DNA of 20,000 nt from an uncultured virus (IMG/VR IMGVR_UViG_3300009784_000011) (taxonomy: Duplodnaviria > Heunggongvirae > Uroviricota > Caudoviricetes): the IMG/VR virus record IMGVR_UViG_3300009784_000011, positions 53,302 through 73,301 of that record; one strand, 5' to 3'. Position numbers and translations under genes: made by a program. Below the pieces are notes generated by a model that had not been told where the DNA came from, ran no database searches, and saw only the letters and a program-made list of their open reading frames with translations. Position 1 is the stretch's first letter. Each line of letters starts with the position of its first letter. Shown here piece after piece: positions 8,620-15,719 of this stretch.

Positions 8620-8958
8620 GTGAACGACCCCGTTGACGACCTGATCAGCCGGATCGACGCGCTGGTCGACTACCAGATGCACGGCGGCGAGGAAAACGCC
8701 GAGTGGCGCGCCCGCAACCATTATCCCGTTGATGACGCCGGCCACTGCACCTGCCCGGCGTGTAACCGCTACGCAATCCCGCCTGCCTACGCCGAGCGCC
8801 AGGCCGCGCACCACCTCGACCAATACCGCTGCTGGCAGTGCCAGAGGTATCTACCCGTGACGCGCGCCATCATCGGATTGCGACCCGGCACCTTTGGCGA
8901 GCAGGCGATTTGGTGCCAGGAGTGCCTTGATGCCTGGAGCCGAAGTCAGGGCCGATAG
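8620..8958 (+). CDS. hypothetical Cys-rich protein
   Basis: AGGAG SD at 8611, GTG 8620, TACGAT -10 at 8586; DLISRIDALVDYQM N-terminus; three CxxC motifs. Confidence 0.7.
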   Translation: MNDPVDDLISRIDALVDYQMHGGEENAEWRARNHYPVDDAGHCTCPACNRYAIPPAYAERQAAHHLDQYRCWQCQRYLPVTRAIIGLRPGTFGEQAIWCQECLDAWSRSQGR

Positions 8959-8960
8959 AG

Positions 8961-8982
8961 GAGTGCCCGGATTCGGGCGCTC
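8961..8982. terminator. hairpin between convergent genes
   Basis: gagtgcccg-gatt-cgggcgctc lies between the stops at 8958 and 8991; no clear U-tract. Confidence 0.5.
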
Positions 8983-8990
8983 AGATTCCT

Positions 8991-9392
8991 TCAGAAACCA
9001 CTGAACCGGGGCGGTTCATCCTCGTCTTTAGCCTCGGTCGGCTCTAACGGCTCTAACGGCTCGGGATCGACCACTTCGGCCTGGACGTCCTCGGCTTCGT
9101 CGAGCGGTTGCGACTCAGGTTCGAATAGCTCAGGCTCGTTTTCGGACTGCCCGGTGGATTCGGGCGTCTCGCCACCTGGAACCTCGCCAAAGTGCTCGGG
9201 CGGCTCGTGCACGTCCTCGTTCACTACGCCGTGCAGGCGCGCCACAGCGTCGCTGAGCGCGTCGACTGTCTCGGGCCTGACCTGGCCTGCGGCGACATCC
9301 TCTTTGAGCGCCTTCACCTGGTCCTGCACGGCGTCGATGCTGGCGTGCAGATTTTCAGCGATCTCGACGAGCACGTCGTCGATGTGCGACAT
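8991..9392 (-). CDS. hypothetical protein with helical N-terminus and acidic disordered C-terminus
   Basis: GGAGGA SD before ATG 9392 (MSHIDDVLVEIAENL...); E/P/D-rich tail. Confidence 0.75.
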   Translation of the reverse strand: MSHIDDVLVEIAENLHASIDAVQDQVKALKEDVAAGQVRPETVDALSDAVARLHGVVNEDVHEPPEHFGEVPGGETPESTGQSENEPELFEPESQPLDEAEDVQAEVVDPEPLEPLEPTEAKDEDEPPRFSGF

Positions 9393-9493
9393 GACAAATT
9401 CCTCCATACGGCGGCGGGATACGGGCCAGAACCGGCACACGCGACAAGTATGCGGTCGCGTGATGAACATGGGGTGGATATGGGCCGACGTGT

Positions 9494-9685
9494 CTAATTC
9501 GGGCAGACCGCCAGTCGCGTGACGCACGGAATCTTACGCGGCTGGCGGTTGATCGGGTTGATGCACATGTGCCACGGGTCGGCATCGCACGTCGGGCAGC
9601 GCCACGCGATGACACGGTAGTAAGCGCGCGGCCAGCCACGCAAAACGCCCCCGAGGTCGAGGTACGGCTGACTAACGGCGTTCAC
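9494..9685 (-). CDS. small zinc-finger protein
   Basis: CPTCDADPWHMC...RKIPCVTR phage Zn-finger motif; likely start GTG 9685. Confidence 0.7.
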   Translation of the reverse strand: MNAVSQPYLDLGGVLRGWPRAYYRVIAWRCPTCDADPWHMCINPINRQPRKIPCVTRLAVCPN

Positions 9686-9700
9686 GCCTACTATTTTACC
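9686..9700. promoter_or_regulatory. bidirectional promoter with overlapping -10 elements
   Basis: + strand: TACTAT (9689-9694) 6 nt before GTG 9701. - strand: TAAAAT (9698-9693) 7 nt before GTG 9685. Confidence 0.6.
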
Positions 9701-10255
9701 GTGGCTGTGAAGTTCCTGGAGACGCGAGAAGTCCCCGTGGGTGACCTCAAGAAACATCCCGAGAATCCCAACCGCGGCGATGTCAACACGATAGCCGAGA
9801 GCCTGGAGCAATTCGGTCAGTACCGCTCCATCGTGGCGACCAAAGACCTGACCATCCTGGCAGGTCACCACGTCGTGCAGGCCGCCAAGAACATCGGTCT
9901 GAAAACCCTGCGTGTCGACATCATCTCGGCCAACGCGCAGGACGCCAAGAGGATCATGCTGGCGGACAACCGCATCGCAGACTTGGGCCCAGGGCCCGAC
10001 ATCGAGGTGCTCGTCGAGGTGCTGCGCAGCATCGAGGACCTGACCGGGACCGGCTATGACCCGGAATACCTGGAGAACTTCGAGGAAGACGACGAGCCGC
10101 AAGACGACGGGCCGGAGCCCGACGTGGTGCGCCGGCGCATCAGCTTGACCGTCGACTACCGCCTGGCGCGGGCCTGGGATGACCACCGGGCCGGTTACGA
10201 TAACGACACCGACGCGCTGGGCGCCGTGCTGAAGTGGGACGAGCAGACGGACTGA
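9701..10255 (+). CDS. ParB N-terminal (ParB/Srx-like) domain protein
   Basis: LKKHPENPNRGDV..IAESLEQFGQ...ILAGHH..QAA...MLADNR, the ParBc type seen with phage DNA-modification and terminase genes; no central HTH. Confidence 0.85.
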   Translation: MAVKFLETREVPVGDLKKHPENPNRGDVNTIAESLEQFGQYRSIVATKDLTILAGHHVVQAAKNIGLKTLRVDIISANAQDAKRIMLADNRIADLGPGPDIEVLVEVLRSIEDLTGTGYDPEYLENFEEDDEPQDDGPEPDVVRRRISLTVDYRLARAWDDHRAGYDNDTDALGAVLKWDEQTD

Positions 10256-10256
10256 C

Positions 10257-11045
10257 GTGGCCTCACTGGCAGGACTCGATACCTACATCGAGGCGATGGA
10301 GTCGGTGGAGGGTTGGTTCGAGCCCGAGGACGTCTACCTGTTCGACGGGATGCTCTCGGCGCAGCAGCGCCTCATCGGCTCCGGCGACATTCTGGAGATC
10401 GGCACCTACCGCGGCAAGAGCGCGATCGCACTCGGCTATGGGGTGAACCGGCGCAATAACGAGGAGCTGGTGATCTGCGACCCGTTCGAGCGGTTGCCCG
10501 AGCACAAGCACGCCGAGTCCAACATCGCCTCACTAAACCCGGACGGCTGCGACATCAACCACTTCGACGCGGCACATTTCCTGGCGAACTGGGATAAATA
10601 CCATGACTGGGAGCCTGAAATCTGGAAGTGCGAGTCGGCCGAACTCAAGCTGCGCCGCCGCGTGCGGTTCGCGCACATCGACGGCTGCCACAGCTATTCG
10701 TGTGTGCGCCGCGACATTGGGTTATGCGCTGCCGCGCTCACCGACAAGGGCGTTCTGGCGATCGACGATTACCGTAATTCGCGCGTTCCCGGCGTGGCGG
10801 CCGCCACCTGGGAGGCTGCCCAGATTCGGGCGGATGGGCGCCGCGGCATCTATCCGTTCTGCCTGTCGGTGGGCAAGCTCTACGCTGCGACCTCACCCCA
10901 GGCGCAGAAGTTCTGGCTGGATGTGGCCACTGGCTGGATCGACTATGGGAACTGGCGCGGGAGTGTCTATCCGCTATCCGGCATTGAAGTCGTGACAATC
11001 TGGCACGAATACCCGCAAGAGGAAACGGAAGCCGAAGAAGAATAG
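10257..11045 (+). CDS. class I SAM-dependent methyltransferase (Methyltransf_24-like)
   Basis: ILEIGTYRGKSA, FAHIDGCHSY and GVLAIDDY motifs. Confidence 0.85.
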   Translation: MASLAGLDTYIEAMESVEGWFEPEDVYLFDGMLSAQQRLIGSGDILEIGTYRGKSAIALGYGVNRRNNEELVICDPFERLPEHKHAESNIASLNPDGCDINHFDAAHFLANWDKYHDWEPEIWKCESAELKLRRRVRFAHIDGCHSYSCVRRDIGLCAAALTDKGVLAIDDYRNSRVPGVAAATWEAAQIRADGRRGIYPFCLSVGKLYAATSPQAQKFWLDVATGWIDYGNWRGSVYPLSGIEVVTIWHEYPQEETEAEEE

Positions 11046-11047
11046 CC

Positions 11048-11518
11048 ATGTCCGACTCCGAGCGATGGGTGGCAATCCCGGGCTGGGAGGGACTCTATGA
11101 AGTCAGCAACCGTGGACGGGTGCGCAGTTGCGACCGGGTGGTCGTCAACTGGCGCAAGAACCGCACCGGGCGCCGGCGTGAGATTCGCTCGGTGTGGCGG
11201 GGCAGGATTTTGCGGCAGGCCCGCAAGCGCCGGGCCCATCACATCGGCACGGCCGGCGAGAACTATTACGCGGTCGTCACCCTGATCGACCACAACTCGC
11301 ATCGCCGCTGGTGTGGCCCGGTGGCCCATCTCGTGCTCGAAGGCTTTGTCGGACCTCGGCCCTATGGTCTGGTTTGTTGCCACACCGACGATGACGGGAT
11401 GAACAATGACCTCAGTAATCTCCGCTGGGATACCAGCGCCGGAAACACTGCCGACGCCTACCGAAACGGCCGCCACAACTTCCTGGCCGCCAATCGGGGC
11501 AAGGCTAAATGGCGTTGA
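11048..11518 (+). CDS. NUMOD4-HNH homing endonuclease
   Basis: ERWVAIPGWEGLYEVSNRGRVRS (NUMOD4); HLVLEGFVGPRP..VCCHTDDD..NN..SNLRW (HNH_3). Confidence 0.92.
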   Translation: MSDSERWVAIPGWEGLYEVSNRGRVRSCDRVVVNWRKNRTGRRREIRSVWRGRILRQARKRRAHHIGTAGENYYAVVTLIDHNSHRRWCGPVAHLVLEGFVGPRPYGLVCCHTDDDGMNNDLSNLRWDTSAGNTADAYRNGRHNFLAANRGKAKWR

Positions 11519-11519
11519 G

Positions 11520-12401
11520 ATGAGGGCCACGACGTCGGTCGCCTACGCCGGTTCAGACGAGTTCATCACGGCCGGCACGCCCGAGCACGCTCAGACCATC
11601 AGCCCGTCCAAGGTCGCGGCCATCTGCGGGGTGAGCCGCTTCGAATCCCCTTACAGCCTGTGGTGCCGGATGAAGGGATGGACTGAGCCGATACCGCCCA
11701 ACGACATCTTCGCGGTCGGCCATGCTTTTGAGCCGGCCCTAGCAGCGCTGTGGAAGATCGAGAATCCGGGCTGGAAGCTGTCCAAGGGCGAGGTCCAGTA
11801 CGTCACCGACAAGCTCGGCTTCCCGGCGGTGGCCACGCTGGACCGCCGCGCGGTGCGCGGCTCCAAGCGGCGCATCGTGGAGTTCAAGACCGCCCGGGAC
11901 CTGTCCCTGTGGGGCGATCCCGACCTGGACGGCGACTGCCCGGCCGACTACGCGCTGCAGGTGATCGCCCAGCAGGTCATCACCGGACTGGCCGAACCGG
12001 CGCACCTGATGGTGATGGGCCCGTTCTTCAAATGGCGCACCTACACGGTCTCCTACGACATCGAGGTCGCGTCCTGGATGCTGGAGAAGTGCCGGGCGTT
12101 CTACGCCAGCCTGCAGGCCGATGAGCCCCCGCCATTGGATAGCCATGTGGCGACCTACGCCAGCGTGCGCGAGCAACATCCCGACATCGAGGAGGGCCTG
12201 TCCGCAGAGATTCCCGCGGAGCTGGCGCGAGCGTGGCGCGAGCAGAGCCGGGTGGTCGAGGACGCCAACACCACCCTGCGCGGAGTGAAGGTCCGGGTGC
12301 TCAGCAACGTGCGCAACGCCCAATACGTGACGTGTGACGGCCAGACGGTCGGCTCACGACGGCCGCATCGCAGCGGATCTGTGATGTTGGTGCTCAGATA
12401 A
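11520..12401 (+). CDS. recE: RecE-like exonuclease (YqaJ viral recombinase family)
   Basis: ISPSKVAAICGVSRFESPYSLW, GHAFEP, ATLDR, VEFKT and PADYALQV..Q motifs. Confidence 0.9.
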   Translation: MRATTSVAYAGSDEFITAGTPEHAQTISPSKVAAICGVSRFESPYSLWCRMKGWTEPIPPNDIFAVGHAFEPALAALWKIENPGWKLSKGEVQYVTDKLGFPAVATLDRRAVRGSKRRIVEFKTARDLSLWGDPDLDGDCPADYALQVIAQQVITGLAEPAHLMVMGPFFKWRTYTVSYDIEVASWMLEKCRAFYASLQADEPPPLDSHVATYASVREQHPDIEEGLSAEIPAELARAWREQSRVVEDANTTLRGVKVRVLSNVRNAQYVTCDGQTVGSRRPHRSGSVMLVLR

Positions 12402-12452
12402 CAAGAAAAAAGAAACCGGGTGGCCGAGGCGGGCAACCGTTACCACCCGGTT
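12402..12452 (-). terminator. intrinsic terminator-like hairpin oriented for minus-strand transcripts
   Basis: Stem aaccgggtgg (12414-12423) / ccacccggtt (12443-12452), preceded by an A-rich run (U-tract on the - strand). Confidence 0.55.
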
Positions 12453-12473
12453 CACCAGAAAGGGTAAGAGGAA

Positions 12474-13418
12474 ATGTCCATCGAGCAAGCCAACCACGCC
12501 GAACCAGAAGTCATGGTGAGCCAGCCGGCCACCAAGATGCAGCTGCGGCTGCGCGCCGAGGTCGAAGCACTCAACGATGCCTACCGCTTCGCATCGGCGC
12601 TGAGCAAGACCCAGATGGTGCCGCGGGAGTACCAGCAGTCCTACATCCCCAAGAACGAGCGGGAGCCGCTCGGCGAGACGGCGATCCAGAACCTCGCCGC
12701 CGCGATCATGTACGGGATGGAGATCGGCCTATCTGCGGTGCAGTCCGCGCAGAACGTCTTCGTCGTCCAGGGCCGTCCGGCCGTCTACGCGCGCACGATG
12801 GCCGGCCAGGTGCGCCAGGCCGGCTACGTCATCGAGCCGGTCGAGGAATCCGACGATCGGTGCGTCTGGAAGGCGCTGCGCGATGGTGCATGGGCGTTCT
12901 CGGAGTGGACGATGGACATGGCCACCAAGGCGGGTTACACCACCAACGACATGTACCGCAAGAACCCGCGCGCCATGCTGCGTGCCAAGTGCATCGCCGA
13001 CGTGTGCCGGATCAAATACCAGGACATCCTCTTGGGGATGGCCTACACCGTCGAGGAGCTGCAGCTCGAGCACCAGACGATGACGCGCATCGAGCCCGCA
13101 TCGGTGGTCAAGGGCCTGGCCAAGCTGCGCGAGCTGGCCAATAACGGCAACAAGAAGGTGGTTGAAGCCGAAGCCCCGCCCGAATCCGGGCAGGAACCCG
13201 AGCCTGAACCCGAGCCCGAAGCCGACGCACCGGCCGTGGGCGCCCAGCTGGCCGAGATCAAGAAGCTCTACAAGGCCCGCGGCTTCACCGCCAAGGACAT
13301 GCTCGGCGACATGGCGCAGTACCTGTGCCGCGACGAGCCGCTGCGGGACTTTACCGAGCTGACCTACGGCGAGGCCGCCGATGTCATCAAGTACCTGACC
13401 ACCCCGCCGTCGAAATGA
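12474..13418 (+). CDS. recT: RecT-like ssDNA-annealing protein
   Basis: AAAIMYGMEIGLS..Q..QNVFVVQGRP and YRKNPRAMLRAKC motifs; directly after recE; SD present. Confidence 0.85.
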   Translation: MSIEQANHAEPEVMVSQPATKMQLRLRAEVEALNDAYRFASALSKTQMVPREYQQSYIPKNEREPLGETAIQNLAAAIMYGMEIGLSAVQSAQNVFVVQGRPAVYARTMAGQVRQAGYVIEPVEESDDRCVWKALRDGAWAFSEWTMDMATKAGYTTNDMYRKNPRAMLRAKCIADVCRIKYQDILLGMAYTVEELQLEHQTMTRIEPASVVKGLAKLRELANNGNKKVVEAEAPPESGQEPEPEPEPEADAPAVGAQLAEIKKLYKARGFTAKDMLGDMAQYLCRDEPLRDFTELTYGEAADVIKYLTTPPSK

Positions 13419-13639
13419 CAGACAAGGAGTTGCTGCAGTGCCTGATCTGCCGGCACCGTATCCGTGGCAACGTCTACGTCACCGAGGCGCAGCAGGTGGT
13501 CTGTCCGGTCTGCATAGGGCAGGCCCAGACGCACGCCCGGCTACACCCGGGCTGCCCGATTCCGGGTCACCTGGCGTCGGATCACTGGGCCAACTTGTGC
13601 TCCCAGGATGAAGCGCGGTCCATCCTGACCCAGCAGTAA
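13415..13639 (+). CDS. hypothetical Zn-binding protein
   Basis: ATGA overlap; CLIC...CPVC. Confidence 0.65.
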   Translation: MTDKELLQCLICRHRIRGNVYVTEAQQVVCPVCIGQAQTHARLHPGCPIPGHLASDHWANLCSQDEARSILTQQ

Positions 13640-13730
13640 GTACCGAAAGTTTACCCGCACGTCAATGTTAATACTAACAGTCTGGGGACAACTCTGTGCA
13701 TAACGTGTTAGTGCAGGTGGGGAGTATTTT

Positions 13731-13792
13731 TTGACGCGCAACACGCCGGGAATAGCCTTGAGATCAGGTTTCGCCAAGGTTAACCTGACCCG
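13731..13792 (+). promoter_or_regulatory. tandem sigma-A-like promoters
   Basis: TTGACG-16-TAGCCT (13731-13758) and TTGAGA-17-TAACCT (13758-13786). Confidence 0.6.
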
Positions 13793-13870
13793 ATGCCACT
13801 AGCCGATCCGCGAGGGGAGGTGGTGTCTAACGAGGTAATTCCTTCTGGGCAAAGCGATGTGTGTTGCATG

Positions 13871-13904
13871 CAAGAGGCCACGGTTCTGACGCCGTGGCCT
13901 CTTG
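13871..13904. terminator. perfect 13-bp stem-loop (terminator/attenuator or antisense-RNA hairpin)
   Basis: caagaggccacgg-ttctgacg-ccgtggcctcttg. Confidence 0.7.
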
Positions 13905-13923
13905 TGCACAAATGACAATAAAG

Positions 13924-13952
13924 AGGTTATCTAATAGATGGGCACGATTCAA
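13924..13952 (-). promoter_or_regulatory. antisense sigma-A-like promoter
   Basis: Minus strand reads TTGAAT-17 nt-TAACCT. Confidence 0.55.
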
Positions 13953-13978
13953 GGCGGGGCATATCAGGCGGTGTCCTG

Positions 13979-14827
13979 ATGCCCGATACACGACTTCCGG
14001 TCCGCTGGCTCAATGACCGCAGGATTCAACGCTTATCGTCGCGCGCCTTCAAATCATTCATCTGTTCGCTCATCTGGTCGGTCGCTAATCGGACTGACGG
14101 CGTAATCGAGCCGGCCGACCTGTCCCTTATTCCAGGCTTTGAACTTGGTGACGAACTTGAGCTGTGCCTGTCAACCCTGTGGCTCCATGTCGAGACAGGG
14201 TGGTGCATCGACCAGTTCGAGGCCACCCAGACGAGCAAAGCTGAGCACGAGGCATTAGAGCATGCTCGGGCCTGTGGTCGTGTGCGTCAGGCCAAATATC
14301 GCGCCAAGCAGGCCGAACAACAGCGTAACGCTACGCCAAACGTCACGGGTGACGTTACGGATGACGTTAGCGACGTTACGGGTGACGTTACTGGTGACGC
14401 TACGACCGGCGTTACTACACAGGAAGGCAGGCAGGCTTCGCCTGCCTGCTCTGCAAAGGACATACACACACAAGCAACTACCCCAGCACTACCAACAGAA
14501 CCTGGGGTTGCGTTACCGAGCAAGAAGACCGCGCGTGCGCGAGCAACTCGGCTGCCACAAGGGTGGGACCCTCCACGCAAGGTCATCGAGGAGATGCACG
14601 AAAGGTTTCCTGACCTGGACCTCAAGACCGAGCACGAGCTGTTCTGCAACTACTGGCACGCGAAGTCGGGCCAGGGCGCCACCAAGGTCGATTGGCTGTT
14701 GACCTGGCGGAACTGGATCATCAAGGCCGCACAGCAGGCACCACGGCAAAACGGTCACAACGGACACCAGCTCAATGGTGTCGACGAGAAGGCAGCAGGT
14801 TGGCAATCAAGAAAGGATCGCTCATGA
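13979..14827 (+). CDS. phage replication initiator protein
   Basis: N-terminal W..DRRI..LS..AF....W...NRTDG.I domain; internal iteron-like repeats; C-terminal ATRLPQGW.P...F.NYW.AKSG..ATK.DW..TWRNW motif. Confidence 0.8.
   Translation: MPDTRLPVRWLNDRRIQRLSSRAFKSFICSLIWSVANRTDGVIEPADLSLIPGFELGDELELCLSTLWLHVETGWCIDQFEATQTSKAEHEALEHARACGRVRQAKYRAKQAEQQRNATPNVTGDVTDDVSDVTGDVTGDATTGVTTQEGRQASPACSAKDIHTQATTPALPTEPGVALPSKKTARARATRLPQGWDPPRKVIEEMHERFPDLDLKTEHELFCNYWHAKSGQGATKVDWLLTWRNWIIKAAQQAPRQNGHNGHQLNGVDEKAAGWQSRKDRS
14325..14417. repeat. iteron-like repeats (TGACGTTAC core), probable replication origin
   Basis: aacgtcac ggg tgacgttac gga tgacgttag cgacgttac ggg tgacgttac tgg tgacgctac...gcgttac inside the initiator gene. 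Confidence 0.75.
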
Positions 14828-15099
14828 CAATCGAATTCCCGTGGCTGCTGCAGAAATCAACAGGTAATCCCTGCGATCACTGCGGCGAGTCGATTGATAA
14901 CGGCTTTTTGATATTCCAGCCCGTCGAGGCATTTCACGAATCACCGAATGGCGATTCGTTCCCGTGCAAGCATTGGCTTTGTCTGTCGTGCTGCTCGCGG
15001 ATCGTCACGAAGTGGACCCGCGACTCGGGTGTCGCCTACCGGCCCAGCCGCAAGGAGGACCGGCCGCACTACCAGAACCAGGAGGAACCGCCATTTTAA
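14824..15099 (+). CDS. hypothetical Zn-finger protein
   Basis: ATGA overlap, AAGGA SD; CDHC...CLSC; ends in EEPPF. Confidence 0.7.
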   Translation: MTIEFPWLLQKSTGNPCDHCGESIDNGFLIFQPVEAFHESPNGDSFPCKHWLCLSCCSRIVTKWTRDSGVAYRPSRKEDRPHYQNQEEPPF

Positions 15100-15719
15100 G
15101 CCGCAACGACGTCCTTGACGCCATCACCAAGTGTGTGGGCTATGACCCCGTGCGTGCACCCAAACAGTCCGAGATCATCGAAAACGCCTGGGCAGAGCAC
15201 TTCGAGCAATTCCCGAACCTCACTCGCACCGACCTGCTGGCCGCGGTCACGGAGTATTACCGGACACCGGGACAGCCGTGGCCGCAGCCGGCAGCGATCA
15301 GCTCGATCGCAGTGCTGCTCGCCGGCAGCCGGGCCGCGATCGAGGGAGCCCCTGAGAGGGACAACCTCGACGCCATCCAAAGCCTGTGCCGCGAAGCCCT
15401 GGGTGACGCGAAGTCCGGCGACGAACAGGCGCTGGCATGGCTGGTGCGCGAGTTCGACTACTACGGCCGCAGCGCGGTGCTGTGGGCGACCAAGCGCAAG
15501 ATCGACTGGCGCAATACCAGCCTGGTGATGTCGGGTGGTCCGGTTCACGGTGACCGTGCCGGAGTGGGCGCGCAGAACAGCGGGGGCTGGCAGAACACGC
15601 GCCGGGTGCGAACGCCCGATTTCATGATCCCTGAGCGGCATCGCGATGCGGTGAACAAGGAGCTGCGCAAGCTGCTCACCGAGGATGAGCGGTGGCAAGT
15701 GCTTGGAGATCCGGCATGA
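15093..15719 (+). CDS. helicase loader/inhibitor-like protein (start uncertain)
   Basis: SRNDVLDAITKC..YDP......AWAEHF....L...DLLAAVTEYY resembles proteins that follow actinophage initiators; no canonical start at the expected position. Confidence 0.6.
   Translation: MLSRNDVLDAITKCVGYDPVRAPKQSEIIENAWAEHFEQFPNLTRTDLLAAVTEYYRTPGQPWPQPAAISSIAVLLAGSRAAIEGAPERDNLDAIQSLCREALGDAKSGDEQALAWLVREFDYYGRSAVLWATKRKIDWRNTSLVMSGGPVHGDRAGVGAQNSGGWQNTRRVRTPDFMIPERHRDAVNKELRKLLTEDERWQVLGDPA

Noticed and set aside
9701..10255. ParABS partition system
   Set aside because: No parA in the window, and the protein lacks the central HTH of partition ParB.
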